64,000 nt of DNA from Endomicrobiales bacterium (GTDB lineage Bacteria; Elusimicrobiota; Endomicrobiia; Endomicrobiales; JALOBY01), in assembly GCA_963796955.1 (NCBI GenBank), contig CAWCNJ010000004.1, forward strand, positions 128,001 to 192,000, read 5' to 3'. The notes below the pieces were generated by a model. That model worked only from the letters and a program-made list of their open reading frames with translations, made no database searches and was not told where the DNA came from. Shown piece after piece: positions 15,001-30,000 of this stretch. A program made the position numbers and the translations under genes. Every line of letters begins with the position of its first letter. The first letter of the stretch is position 1.

Positions 15001-18000
15001 ACTGGTATAATCCGGCTACCTCATCGTTCACGTATGCGGGCGCTACGCCTCCGTATTCCACCGCCACCTGGATCAGCGCCGGCGCCCCGCACTGGGAATT
15101 GACCTGCCCGGCGCTGCGCGACGGTTACCAATATTTTGTTCAAGTATACGGCCGCGATAATGCCGGCAACAACGGCGCGGTTTCATCTCCTTCAGTGTTC
15201 AGATATGACGTCACGCCGCCGGTGGCTGCGCTGACGTATCCGTATAAATCGTGGCACGTTTCGCTGCCTACCATAAGCGGTACCGCAGCCGATAACGGCT
15301 ACACCGGTTCTTCTGTCGCGAGTATTTTGGTTACATATCAGGATAACCCGCCGGGAGGCCTGTGGTACGACGGCGTAACCTTCTCCAAAGGTACCATGTT
15401 CACGGCCACCTGGGTAAGTACGGGTATCGTGGGTGCGCCGAATTGGACGGAATCACAAACGCCGGCGTTCTCTAATAACCGCTGGTATCAGGTAGCCGCG
15501 AAAGCTGTTGACCTTGCGGGGAACGAAAGTCTCGTTGCCTCGCAGAATTTCCGCCTGGATAACGTGCCGCCGCTTTCAGCGGTAACCCAGCCCGCAACCG
15601 GCAAGTATTACAACGCGGTCAGCGCCGTTACCGGTACCGCATTTGACGCCGACAGCGGTATTGATAAGCTCCAGGTGCGGATTTTCGACGTCACCAGCAA
15701 TCTTTCCTGGTTCGGCGCGTCTCAAGGATGGAAAGATAACGGTGTTTACGGCTCTTCCTGGGTGGCGGTAAGCAATGTGTACGCCTCCAGCTGGTCTTAT
15801 ACGGACAGCGTCGGCTACGCGACAGGCAAAACCTACCGCATAACTTCACAGGCGCAGGACGTTGCCGGTTCCAATGAAGCACCCGGCGATATCCCCGCGT
15901 ATGACACTGAATTCTATTATGATAATTCGACCCCCCAGTCTGTGATCACGCTGCCCAGCCAGCCCGGCTCCGTTAAATATTACCGTCAGCTGCCGGTGAT
16001 ATCTGGTACGTCCCTGGACCAGCCGGCTGTGGGCGCAAGCGGCATCAGCATGGTGGAAGTTGCGGTAGAGAACAAGTCCCGGTCCGGCGCGAACTGGTGG
16101 GGTGGGGCGGATTATAACCAGGCTACATCGGGTTGGGCGGTGGCGGCGGGAACGATGTCATGGACGTATAGCTTCAACAACTGGACCGACGGTAATGCGT
16201 ATCTGGTACTGTCCCGCGCATATGACAAAACATTGCCGGCCCCGGGTTTAATAGAGAATTCCTTCGCGGTCGCGGTGAACTCGGTAACCTTCGTGTGCGA
16301 TACTTCGTCGCCCACCAGCACTATATCGTGGCCTCCATCCAACAACTATATCACCAACACGCTCAGCAGCATCAGCGGCACCACGATCGATGCGCTCAGC
16401 GGTGTCAGTGTTACCAAGGTTGGCATAAAACTTAACAACGGCGGCTGGTGGAACGGCACGGATTTCACGGGCGCCGAAGCCTATTTCAATTCTTCTCCTT
16501 TGACATCCGGCAATACCTCGTGGGCATACGGCGGCTTTGCCGCGGGTCTGGTAGACCAAAGCACGTTCACGGTCTTCGCGGTGGGCTACGACAACGCCCT
16601 GCCTGCGCCGGGCAACTATGAAACCGTGCTTTCATCGGTAACGTTCATTTATGATATTACGCGCCCGACTTCCACGATCACCGTGCCGTCTAATCTTTTG
16701 AACACGAAGACATTGCCCACGATCTCCGGCACAGCGTTCGATACGTTCGGTGTAGCCTCCGTCAATGTGCTGGTACGCGACCTGCTTTACCCCGCTACCT
16801 ATTGGCAGAGCGGCGCCACCTGGGGCCCCGCGATAACCTGGCACCCCGCGGCATATGCCAATGGGTCCTGGACGATGGCCTCGCCTGCGTTCACGGACGG
16901 CCATTCATACGAGCTGAAATCCATGGCCACGGACACCGCCGGCAACCCGGAGATCCCGGGCCTTGCCCAGACAGCAACCTTCAGCTACGATACGACGCCT
17001 CCGGATTCTAACGTTGCCTATCCGGTTAACGGCCATTATTACCCCAACCCGACAATTATAAACGGTACGGCTTCCGATACGTTCACGGGGATCGCCTCTG
17101 TATCGGTCATTATCAAACAGGTCAACAACACTAACTACTGGAACGGCAGCAGCTGGGTACCCGGTGTAGAGCAGGAACTTCCTACGACGTGGAACAATGT
17201 GGCGGGCACCTGGAGCCGCAGCACCGGGTTGCCGGTATGGGCAGACGCCACGCTCTACCAGATACAAAGCAAAGCGTATGATAAAGCCGGCAATGTGCAG
17301 ATAACGCCGCTGCACCCCGGCTCAACCTGGTACTGTGAACAGTCCGGCCCGACGTCAGGTATCACCCTTCCGGTCATGCCGCAACGCGAATATAATTCTC
17401 TTCCCGTGGTATCGGGAACCGCGAACGATTCTTTCGGCATCAACATGGTAGAGCTGCGCGTATTCGATATATCGACGGGCGAGACCTGGGATGAGACCGT
17501 GCCCGGCTGGGTTGCCGGCGATCAGGATATATGGAACCTGGCGACGGGCGCAAGCACCAGCGGCGGGACTATCAGCTGGACGTATCCGAAAGGTTCTATT
17601 ACCTGGCTTGACAACCGCAATTACCGCCTTTCTTCCCGGGCGCAAAACGTAGCCGGCACCTTTGAAACGGGCTGGTCTTCGAATACGTTCAAGTGCGACA
17701 TTTCATCGCCGACCGCGTATGTAAGCGTCCCGGCGAATAACGCCATTATTTCATCGCTGCCGACGATATCGGGCAAGGTGTATGACGCTTCCAATACGAC
17801 GCTGGTCCGCATGGGTCTGCACCGCCTTTCGGACAACCATTACTGGACCTTCGATGGCTGGACCGGCTCGCAGAACTGGGAGAACGCGGCCGGCGGCGGG
17901 ACCGGACTTCAGGACTGGACCTACACCCATGCCAGTTTTGCCGACGGTTCGGCGTTCCAGACGGGCGTAACCTACGCCATTGACGTTGAAGCCCGCGATA

Positions 18001-21000
18001 ACACCTTACCGGCGAAGAATATCAGCACACTGCTATCCACGTGCACGTTCATATTCGACAATCAGGGCCCGCTTACCGGCATCAGCGCCCCGGCTGACGG
18101 CGGCTCTTACAATGCCAGCTCTATCGGCGCCATCTTCGGTACCAGCTACGATTCTCCGGCGGGGCCCAACCATGTACTGCTCTCAGTCCATGATCTCAGC
18201 GGCGCCGCGGGCAGGTACTTTAGCGATGACGGCGCCGGCGGCGCGACCTGGTTGTCGCCGGTCCCTGAATACTGGATAGCTATCGCTTCCGCGGCTGCCG
18301 GCGGTGTTACCGTGCAATGGTCTTACAACCAGCCGGCCCTCAGCTGGACCGACGGCCACTTCTATACCGTGCGTGCGCAGGGCGTCGACAATATCGGTAA
18401 CGCCGGCGCCGTTATTTCCAGCGCGACGTTCATTTACGATATGACCAAGCCGACCTCCACCATTACGGACGCACGTAAAGGCGACGGTTCAACGGTCTCG
18501 CCTCTCAATAACGCATATATAGAGGATATTCGTTATATTGAAGGCACAGCCCAGGACCCGATACCTCCCGCGCTCAACGCCTCTGGTGTTCCTTCCGGCG
18601 GCGTGCAGTACTGCATAATAATGGAGTCAAATACTCCGACGTACGAGAACGGCATACCCGACGCGAATTTCGATTATCAATGGAACGGCTCCACCTGGAC
18701 GTTGTTCACCGGCGCCTACAACTGGCGCACGGCGAACGGCGGCATCAGCTGGTTCAGCGAGGATATGACCGGCAAGTGGTATTCCGGCCGCTGGTACCTG
18801 GTAAAGGCGCGGGCCATTGACAGAGCCGGCAACGTGCAGGATGACACGATCATGCCTTGGACGCGGTTCGCGGTAACCTTGCCTGCAAAGACCTTTAATG
18901 TCACCGTAAATAATCTGAGCCCGGTGGCAGGCCAGCTTGTTTCAGCGACCGTAGAGGCGAAAGATGCCAACGGCGACCGCGCCCGCAATTATCAGGGCAG
19001 GATCCGCTTCAGCGTTGACGGCCTTATCGCCTCGCCCGGCGGACCTGAAATGCCTAATACCGGCGGTGTCTACCAGGCGGAAGAAGGCTGGCTGCCCTCG
19101 GATTATTACTACACCTCGCTCGGCCAGGGCATACACACATTCAATGTCCTGATCGCGACGGAATCTCTGAAGCTGGTGAAGGGCGGCGCGGGCAACCGTG
19201 TTCTGCACGCGACCGATATAGACGATAACAGCATAACCGGCCAGGTTTCATTTAACGTTGCACCCGCCGCGGCCGAGAAACTTCGTGTGCTGGTGCCCGG
19301 CACCGCCGAAGCGCCCGGTGTTGTCGGCGGTATCAGCGGCTCCGTTATCGCGCAAACGGCCGGAACGCCGTTCACCGTTACTGCGCAAGCAGTAGACAAA
19401 TACTGGAACATCAACCCGTCCGCCGTCACGACCGTCCGCCTGAGCGCGACCGACCCCTATGCTTCGCCGCTGACACAGGTTAATACTCTTACCAACGGGA
19501 CCACCACGTATGATATCGCCCTGATGCAGCGCGGTTATCAGAACCTTACGGTTACGGATACCGGCGCCAGCGCCTGGACGTCGCAGACAACACCGCTGCC
19601 GGTGCAGGTTAACGCGGCGCTGGTAAATAAACTTATGGTATTGCTGCCCAACCAGACCCCGGTTTGGGGCAAGCCGCCCTACGACCCGCCGTTCTCAGAC
19701 GGCGGCCGCTCTACCACCACCGTTATGGCTCAAACCGCGGGCGCGCCCTTTACAGTAACCGTATACGCCGTAGACCGTTTCTGGAATAAACGTGACGATA
19801 CCGCCGCCAGTGTTCTTGTTGAGACAACCGACCCTTATGACGTTGAGCCTTCAACACGTCCGCTCTCAAATGGTTCCACCACATTTACGGTAACGCTGAT
19901 AACTTCCGCCACGCAGTATGTAAGCTCCAAGATATTCAGCGGCCCCGTTGTTTCAAGCGGCACCTCCAACGGCGTCTATGTACAGCCTACCACTGCGGAG
20001 AATTTACAGGTGCTGGTGCCGGGTGAAACAGCCATACCCGGAAAAGCTAATCTCGCAGAGTCAAAATATTTCGGCCAAAGCGCGCCTTTCGGCAAGACCG
20101 GAACGCCTTCAAACCTGACGGCGGGAACGACCTATGCCGTTACCGTGAACCTCGTCGACCGCTATTTCAACGTCGTGCCGAACGCGTCGATGCCGGAAAT
20201 AACCATGAATATCGCGCCCTACGCCTTCGGCGGCGGCGACTTCCATAGAAGCTAATCCTTTAAGTGCGACGTTGTCACAGGGTACGCGCCAGTTCATCAT
20301 TCGTTATATGGTATCCACCGGCCAGACCAACGGTCCGGCCAGCCGCGTGATAACGGTCTCTCCCGACCTCAGCTATAATCCCGATACCAGCGCTTCTATC
20401 GCTGTCATGCCGGCTTCCATAGCGAAGCTGCAGCTGATAGTGCCCGGCGAAGTAGCGGCCCCGGGCGTGTCGGCGGGCAAGAACAATACTCCGACAAGCC
20501 GCATCGCGGGCAGTTCCTTTAACGTGACTGTCAGATCGGTAGACCAATACTGGAACCTTAATTCCGCCGGGGCTGCGAGCGTCAACATCGAATCAAGCGA
20601 TCCCTTTATGCAGCCGGCGGCGCCGACCAGCAATTTGAGCGGCGGTGTTAAAACTATCGCCATAACGCTCCGCAAGGCGCGCACGGATAACAGTGATATA
20701 AATCCCATAACACACACTATAGGCGTGTACTCGTCCGATACGCCCGCCTGGAGCAGCATGACGGTGACCGGTATACCGATCACACCCAACAACGCCCAGT
20801 CGCTGCTGCAAATAGTGCTGCCCGGTGAAACGGCCGCCCCCGGCCATCCTAACGGGAAAACCGGCTCGCCCGCGCCGCTGCAGGCAGGCGCTAACCTTGC
20901 GGTAACGGTGAATGCCACGGATAATCAATGGAACCGCATAGCCGGTGTTTCTCACAGTATGCTGTTGAGCTCTCCCGCTGATATATATTCCGTAATACCG

Positions 21001-24000
21001 CCGGCCGTCGCCATGACGGAAGGTCAATGTGTGTTCTCGGACGCCACCGCCTATAAGCCGTACCTGGCGACGGTGCAAACGCTGCATGTGGATGACCAGG
21101 ATATTACGCCGCCGATATATGCCAGCACCACGACCTTGCCCTTTACGGTCACCGCGGCGCCTGCCAACCGTTTCCAGGTGCTGCTGCCTAACCAGGCAAA
21201 CCAGCCGGGCCGCTGGTCCGGCGCATTTACCAATGCGGGATCAGCGCCGTATGGCAAGGTAAATTCGGTACAGGCGCGCACGGCCGGCTCCTCTTTCGTC
21301 GCGACAGTGAATGCCTGCGATACCTATTGGAATATCGCGTCGACTGATGTTATCGTGCAGGTGCTGCCGATGGTGAACGCGGGTACCCAGGATACGTTTG
21401 CCGCGGTAAGCCCGTCAACGGCTTCATTAGTTAACACATCTACGCATACGGTGACTTTCTTCAGCGGCGGCACATTCCGCTATGTGGAAGCCCTTCCCTA
21501 TACCGGCGGTCTGCTGATGCAGTTGAGCGAGGGCATGCAGATAAACGCCGATCTGGCCAGCCGCCTGCAATTGCTGGTAAACGGCGAAACTCCGGCCCCC
21601 GGGAAACCTCCATACTCCGATTCTACCGGCGGCAAGAACGGCGCGCCGCTTAAACAGACAGCCGGCACGGCTTTCAATATTACCGTTAGAGTGACCGACC
21701 CGTACCATAACACGGCTACGCCTGCCGGTAACCCGGACATAACCGTCCGTCTTACCTCGGATGATACTTTTGACAAGTCCTTTGACGATCAGCACCTTAA
21801 CACCGGCAACAGCTATAACCTGGCCTATACCTGGACGCTTATAACCGCTACCACCAACGGCTGGACCTTGTCAGGCGATGATATCGCCCCTAACACGTAC
21901 GACACAGCTTTCTCACTGCCTGTGAAAGTCAATCCGCACGGTGACGATGCCGGCAATGGTTTCCCGCGTAAATTACAGGTACTGTTGCCTGGTGAAACGG
22001 CCGTACCCGGCAAATATAACGACGGCATCAACAGCGCGCCCTACGGCAAGTCGGGCATTCCTCTGGTACAAACGGCCGGCACGGCTTACCCTGTTACAGT
22101 AAACGCCGTTGACTTCTACTGGAACAGAGTGGACGACGCCCTGTATGGTATATCGCCTCTTGAAGGCAATCCCGGCGTGCACATTGTAACTTCTGACCTT
22201 TACGATACCGACCCGGCTGATAACGCGCTCGTTAACGGCATCAGAGTTTTCTCAGCAATGGCTGTTACCGCCGGGACATTTACCGTTACAGCCAGTGATA
22301 TCTATGATTCGCAGTATCTGCCATACACCACCTCCGTAGCCACGGCTATCGCAGCAACACCTGCGACTCAGCTGCAGATAATCATGCCGGGTGAAACGGC
22401 GGTGCCGGGCAAGTGGAATAACGGGCTTAACAGCGCGCCGTACGGCAAATCGGGTCTGCCGCTGGTGCAGACAGCCGGCGCGGCATTCACCATCACCGTC
22501 AATGGCTGCGATCAATACTGGAACCGCTGCCAGTCGGGGGCGGCTAATGTGCATATCGCAGCGACCGATCCGTTCTATACGCCGCCGGCCGATAAGTCTC
22601 TGGTCAACGGCCAGACAACGATCTCCCTGACCCTGGTAAGCGTCGGAACCAACACGCTCACCGCCTCTGATTCCAACGCTGTGCTGAACCCCTATTCCGT
22701 TACCGGTGTTACCGTTACGCCGAACGTTCCTGTCCAACTGCAGGTGCTGGTGCCCGGCGAGACCAATGTGGGTGGTAAGCCTTCCGGCAAGCAGGGCAGC
22801 TCGGCCACGCAAATGGCGGGGGCGCCGTTCCTTGTTACGGTGAACGCCTGTGATACTTCCTGGAACAAGACTTCAACATTCACCGTGGTTTCACTTACGG
22901 CGTCAGACTCGCATAGCTCAAACCCGGCGCCGCTCTCTCTGGTGAACGGCAGCACCTACTTTATGGTAACGCTGGTCTGTGCCACCGATGCCGTTAACTG
23001 GAATAATGCCGGCTGGACACTGACCGCCAATGCGCCTGCCTCGACTATGTCAAACTATGTTTCCGCCGCGGTGCCTGTGGCGCCAATAATGATACGAACC
23101 CTGTGAAACGCCGCCTGCTGGCCCTTACGCCGGGTGAAACGCACGAGGGCGGTAAGCCGCCGTACACGGGCAATACCGGCGGTAAAAATGGTTCTCCCGC
23201 GGGCTGTACCGCCGGAACACCGTTTACCGTTACCGCGCTGGCCTGCGATTATTGGTGGAACATCAACACGTCCTTTAATCCTAACGTCAATCTGACGGAT
23301 AACGACCCTAACGCCGCTTATCCTGCGCCGCAGCCGCTGGTTAACGGAACGACCACGTTCACGCAGTTCTTTGTGACCCGCAATGATACCGGCTGGTCGG
23401 TCAGCGTCAACGGCCTTGGTTATGTAGGCTACGATACGCCGAATTTAGTGGTCGCGCCCAATATCGCCACGAAATTACTCGCCCTGCTGCCGGGCCAGTC
23501 GGAGGCCTGGGGCACATACGCCAGCACCCAGCCCGGCCGTTCCGGTATGCCCGCCGACATGGCAGCCGGCACACCCGTGCAGATAACGTTGAGATCCTGC
23601 GACGATTATTACAACTTCCAATCCGTTGATAATTCTCTTATCTCGATAGCGGCCACCGACCCGAACATGTCTATTCCGGCTAACCGGAACCTGTCTAACG
23701 GTGTTACGTTCTATACCATTATCCCGGTGACGGCCGGCACACAGACCATCACGGTCAGCGATATGCAGGCGCCCTTCATGGCTTCCAACCGCTCGGACGT
23801 CTACCATGTTAATACCGGACCCGTATCGCGCCTGCAGGTGCTGGTGCCCGGCGAGACAAGCCTGCCCGGCTCGGCTTCCGGCAAACAGGGCACGGTTGCC
23901 GTTCAGACAGCCGGTATTCCTTTCAATGTAACGGTTAATGCCACCGACCTGTTCTGGAATATCAAGCTTGACCATAACGATGCTGTCGGCGCGCGGCTGG

Positions 24001-27000
24001 ATACGACCGATCCCTGGGACATAAATCCCTCAACTCAGCCGCTGACGAACGGTACCACAATATTCGCCGTAACGCTGGTCACACGCGGCGCGGCCCATAA
24101 ACTGTATGCGGTGGACGCCGGCGCTTACGCCCTTGAAAAAGATACCTCGAGCATTATTACCGTTATCCCTAAGATAGATCAGCTGGCAGAACTGAAGCTG
24201 CAACTTGTCGTGCCGGGTGAGACGGCAGTTGAAGGCAAATGGAACAACGGCGTTAACCCCGTTCCTTACGGCAAGAGCGGTCTTCCCTCAGTTGAGACCG
24301 CTGGTGTTAACTTCACCGTGACCGTCAACATGGTCGATAAATTCTGGAACGTGATCAACAGCGGCGTAGCCATGCAGTATGTACAGTTGATGAACGTTAA
24401 CAAATGCGATCCTTTCGCCGTCTATCCGGGCAGCACGTCGCTGACCAACCGGTACCACCACGTTCATGGTGCAACTGCGGACCAGCGGTTATGGCGCTAA
24501 TCCTTCCAGCTGGACCATTACGGCCCGTGATGTTGACCCCTCTTTGCCGAACCTTACGGATTCCGTTTCGCCTGATGTCGTTGTTCAGCCGAACACCCCC
24601 AAAAACTGGTTCGTGGTCGTGCCCGGCGAAACCTGGGTTCCCGGAAAAACCTCCGGCCTTGCCGGTAAGACGGATATTTCCCTGCCGTCAAATCAGACTG
24701 CCGGCACATCCTTTAATACCACGGTTTACCTGGTTGACGATTATTTCAACGCCGCCAACCTCGGTCCGGCCATGGGTGCTGTTACCGACGATCCAAACGA
24801 TATAGACCCCGGCAGCCAGCTGCTGATCGGCGGTGTAGCCACGGTCCCCGCGACGTTGGTCACCGCATCCACCAGCGGCTGGACCATAACCGCTTCGGGC
24901 GGCGCGTACACCGGCTTTACCACTCCGAAGATCATTGTCGGCCCCGCCGGCCCAAGCCGTATACTTGCACTGCTGCCGGGCGAGCAGTACCTTGCAGGCT
25001 CCGTCACGGGTAAGACGGCAGCGTTGCCCTCGGCGCAGATCGCCGGCACGCCGTTCGTCGTTACCGCGATGATAACCGACAACCGCTGGAACCTGGTCTC
25101 CTCAACATCCTCGCGCCTGGGCTGTTGGACCGAGGACCCGTATGATGTGGAGCCCGCCAGCGCCTCTACAACGAACGGACAGCTGACATTCACGGTGGAG
25201 TTCCACCGCGGCGTGGGGGAAACCTACCGTATACGGGTCTCCACTGACGACGGGAACCTCTTAAGCGCCTACACCACGCCGGCTATCGCATCGAATTTGG
25301 CGCCGCGACAAAATTGCAGCTGCTGGTGCCGGGTGAAACCGCACTGGACGGCTCAAACCTTGGGAAGTCGGGCACGCCTTCATCCTGGACCGCCGATACC
25401 GCCTATACGCTTACCGTGCGCGTGGTGGACAAATACTGGAACCTGAACTCACTGGTGAACACCACGTTTGTAACGTCGTCCAACAATACATTCTATACAC
25501 CGGTCAACGATACCACCAGCAGCGGCAACAAGCTGTTCAATACGTCCTTGCCCACGATCTCACCGACGGGTTGGACCATAACGGTTTCAACAGCGGCCGG
25601 TTCTTCGAACAGTTATCTCACCGGCAACACATCGCCCAATATCCCGGTTACCGCCGGCGCACCGCGGCAGCTGCTGGTCGTGCTGCCGGGAGAATCCCCG
25701 CAGGCGGGCTCCGGCACCGGTAAGCGGCACGCCGGATCTTCAGACTGCCGGTGCGGGTTTTGCGGTCTCGGTCTATGCGACCGACAGTAAGTGGAACCAA
25801 TCAACATCAACTCAGACTATTCGTATTACGACCGATGACCCGTATGATATCGAACCTGTGAGCCAGCAGCTTTCGGGCGGCTACGCCGTGTTCGTTTCAA
25901 CGCTGGTCACGGGCAATGCCGGTTCCATGAACTCCGCGAACCGCGTTACGACCATAACAGCCTCGGACATTACCGGCAGCGGCTCAACGTTAACTGCCGG
26001 TCTCGCACAGGTTACGGTGCAGCCTGATAACGCTCATGCGTCTACACTGCAATTACTGTTGCCGGGTGAATTACATGTCCCCGGGAAACCTCCCTATCAA
26101 GTGCCGTTCGGAGGACGATCAGGTGTTCCACAACAATTAACAGCTGGAACGACATATTCCGTTACAGTAAACGCCTGCGATACGTATTGGAACATCAGTC
26201 CGATTCAGATGCCTTTGATAGAAATGGACAATACCGATGTATATAATGTGCCAGTCTACCGTACCCTTGCCAATGGAACTAATGTATTCCCTGTGTACAT
26301 GCGGCGCGCAACATTGTATCAGGAAGGGCTGATCAATTCAGCAACGATCACGATTGTTCATTCCGCGATCCCGCAGCTATATTCTGCAGCGATGAGCACA
26401 TTTTCCGTCGTTCCAGAAGCGTCTGGGAAGAACTTTATTATTTTGGTGCCTGGGCAGACGCACCTGCCGGGTACAATTACCGGCACAAACGGCGGCGCAA
26501 CTAATCAAACAGCGGGCATACCGTTCCGCGTAACGGTTGATTGTGTAGACAGTTTCAACAATATTGTGCCCACGGCTAACCCGCTTGTTACTATGACATC
26601 GAGCGATCCCAATGATGGCGTTGGCGCCGAAACCGGCATAGGCTGGGATCCTGTCTCTCAATCGCTCTTTGTGGGCTGTACATATTTCATGGTGAACCTT
26701 GTCACTGCTAACACAAGCCATATACTTACTGCCGCGCAAACAGATGGTAAAATACCGTACTACGGCATAACAAATTCTCTCCCGGTCTACGTAAATCCCG
26801 GCGCCCCAGCAAATTACAGGTGTTGTTGCCGGGAGAAAGTGGTCTGCCAAATACTACCGTTGGTAAGACCGGGACGCCGCTTGCACAGGTTGCCGGTACT
26901 CAGTTCTTCGTTACCGTCAACGTTACGGATATCCTCTGGAACGTGAACAATTCAGTCGGCCCCATGGTAAGTGTTCGCACCAGCGATCAGTATGATGTTG

Positions 27001-30000
27001 AACCCGGCACCGCATCCCTGACTGCCGGAACAGGACCATTCCTGGTAACATTGCCGACAGCTTCAACCTCACATTTGATATTTGCTTATGATACCAGCAA
27101 TACATACTCTACAGGTACTGCCACCATGTTCCAGGTCTCACCGGCGCCTGCAGCTAGGTTGCACATCGTGCTGCCCGGCGAAACCTATACGCCAGGCAAA
27201 CCTCCATATGACGGCACGGGTGGTAAGACAAATGCGCCTGTCACCCAGACTGCCGGCCAATCATTTACCCCCACAGTGTACTTAACCGATCTGTACTACA
27301 ATATCCGTTCAGGTGATGTAAGTAACACTGTATTTATTCATTCATCGGATCCTAATTTTAGCGCGCCTTCCGGACAGAGCATAAACAGCGGGCAGGTATC
27401 AATACCTGTAAGATTGGTTACTTATAATACGCAAACGGTCGGAGCAACTTATCAGGATTTATCTATAAGTTCGACGACGTCAACACCACTGTATGTGCAG
27501 CCAAATGCTCCTGCTAGAATGCAAATAGTAGCGCCCGGTGAAACTTCGCGTCCTGGCAAATGGAACAATGGTTCTAACATACAACCTTTTGGCAAGTCCG
27601 GGACGCCCAATCAGGTTACGGCGGGTAGTTCTTTCCAAGTAACAGTTACGGCCTGTGATAATTATTATAACCCTACAACCGCTCAACCAGATGCCACAGT
27701 TACTACCACAGATCCCTATGATGTAGAGCCGGCCACCCAGACCCTGCTGAACGGGTCAACGACTTTCACCATAACATTGGTAACGCAGCGCGTTACCATA
27801 GCTTCGGCGACCGCAAGCGGCTATACGCCTGACTATACGGGTAACATAACGGTTAACGCAGCCTCGGCCTCCGGATTGCAGATCATCCTGCCGGGCGAAA
27901 CGGCGGTACAGGGTAAGTGGAATGTTGAACCCGCGGGCAAGACCGGTGCCCCGGCTGCAGCGACGGCGGGCACTCCCTTTAGCGTGACGGTGCGGGCGAT
28001 AGACCCGCACTTCAATCTATGCAATATAAGCCAGACCATCGATCTGGAAAGCAACGACCCTAACGATGCCAACCATACCGGCGTCCCTCAGCAGAATAAT
28101 TTGTCCGGCGGATCGGCGACATACAACCGCATACTGCTGACGGCGAATACCAGCTGGATATTTACCGCCACAGACCGCGACCCGAGTTTGCCGTCCCTGA
28201 ACCCGGCGGTTTCCACACCGGTATGGGTGAATGCCGGCACGCCGTGGCGCATACTGGCACTGGTGCCGGGTGAAACGTATCTGCCGGGCAATACCGTAAG
28301 CCAGGGCGGCGGCAAGGGCGGCTCGCCGCTGCAGCAGACCGCGGGTGTGCCTTTTGTTACCACCGTTATCGCCTGCGATCTGAATTGGAATAATGTGCCC
28401 GGTGAAACGTCGGTCGTGGACCTTAGGTCGACGGATAATTTTGCGGATCTGCCGGCTGGCTATCAGGAACACGGTTTTGGCGCGGACGGCCGCACGACTT
28501 TCACGAACACTATCTACACCGCCAGCACGCAAACCTTCTACGCTTCAGGCGTCGGCGAGCCGGTGCTGAACCACGGCAACATACTTAACCCCTATACCAG
28601 CTCGGTCGTTACCGTGGTTTCTTCCGACGCCGTCAAGATGCAGGTGCTGCTGCCGGGTGAAACGTACGTGGCCGGCAAGCCGCCCTATAATCTCGGCGGA
28701 GGCGGCAAGGGCGGGGCGCCGACCCAGCGGGTAGCAGGCGTGCCGTTCAATGTCACTGCCAGAGAAGTGGACCCTTACTGGAATACCGTTACTTCTATTG
28801 TTTCACAGGTGCGTTGCGATACGGACGATCCCTACGATGTGCAACCCGCTATAGCGCCGTTGGCGGGCGGTCTGCGCATATTCCCTATCGATCTGGTCAC
28901 GGCATCAACCTGGACAATAACTGCCGTCGATACTGATGATGCCGCTATTGCCGTGAATGTTTCTTCGCCGGTCTACGTTGCGCCTAATAGTGCCGACCGC
29001 CTGCAGGTGCTGTTGCCGGGTGAAACCGCGGTAGCCGGAAAATTCGACGGCAAAACGGGATCGGCAACACCGCGTACCGCCGGAGTGCTTTTCGCGGCCC
29101 AGGTCAGACTGACAGATGCCTACTGGAACACTATTTACGCCGGCGCGATGCCCACAGTTTCCCTCGGTTCTACGGACGTCTATTGGAGTACCCCAACCGC
29201 GAAGACGCTGGTGGCGGGGGTGGTCAATTTCTCTGGTGTGTCCGGCCTGACGCTGGTCACTGCCACGACAACCACCATTTTTGCGGATGGCGGCGGTTAC
29301 ACCACCGGTGTTTCATCACCGGTACTGGTTATGCCTAATACCGCTACAAAAACGATCGTTGTCGTTCCCGGTGAAACACAGGTTAACGGAAAGAACGTGC
29401 CGCCTCTGGGCCGCAGCGGAACGCCCGCCACCGAGACGGCCGGGCAGATGTTCACCATAACGGTTTATGCGGTGGACGGTAATAATAACTTCGTCAATAC
29501 CGTGAATATAAATCCGGTGAACATCATAACATCCGATATTTACGACACCGATCCGGGTAATTTGAACATGGTTAACGGATTGATAACGACTAACGTAACC
29601 ATAAAGACGGCTAAAGCAACCGTTGTCTCGGCGCTTCCGGGCGGCGCACCTCTTGCTCAGGGCGATTCTTCCAGCATCCCGGTGGTAAGCGGTGTGGCCA
29701 GAAGGCTGCAAGTGTTGTTGCCCGGCGAAACCGCGGATCCCGGCTCAGTAAGCGGCAAGATCGGCTCTCCAGGCAACCAGGTTGCCGGTTACAGCTTCAA
29801 TGTAACCGTGCGCACCTGCGACGATTATTGGAACGCGGTGTCGACCAATCCGATGATCAGCGTTTACAGCGACGATATTAATTCACCCTTTAATCCTGCA
29901 TTCAGCGGCCAGATGGTGTCTAATGCCGTGGTAAGCGTTATGATGGTCACGGCATCTACCAACACCTACACGGTGCGGGCAGACGACATAGACGGGGTCT

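Larger units (their letters stand above)
1..18880 (+). repeat. About 52 tandem ~120-aa Ig-like modules
   Basis: Hand count of the (R/K)AxDxAGN-type motif; each module also has DxxxPxS, SGTAxD and YWxGxxW. Confidence 0.85.
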
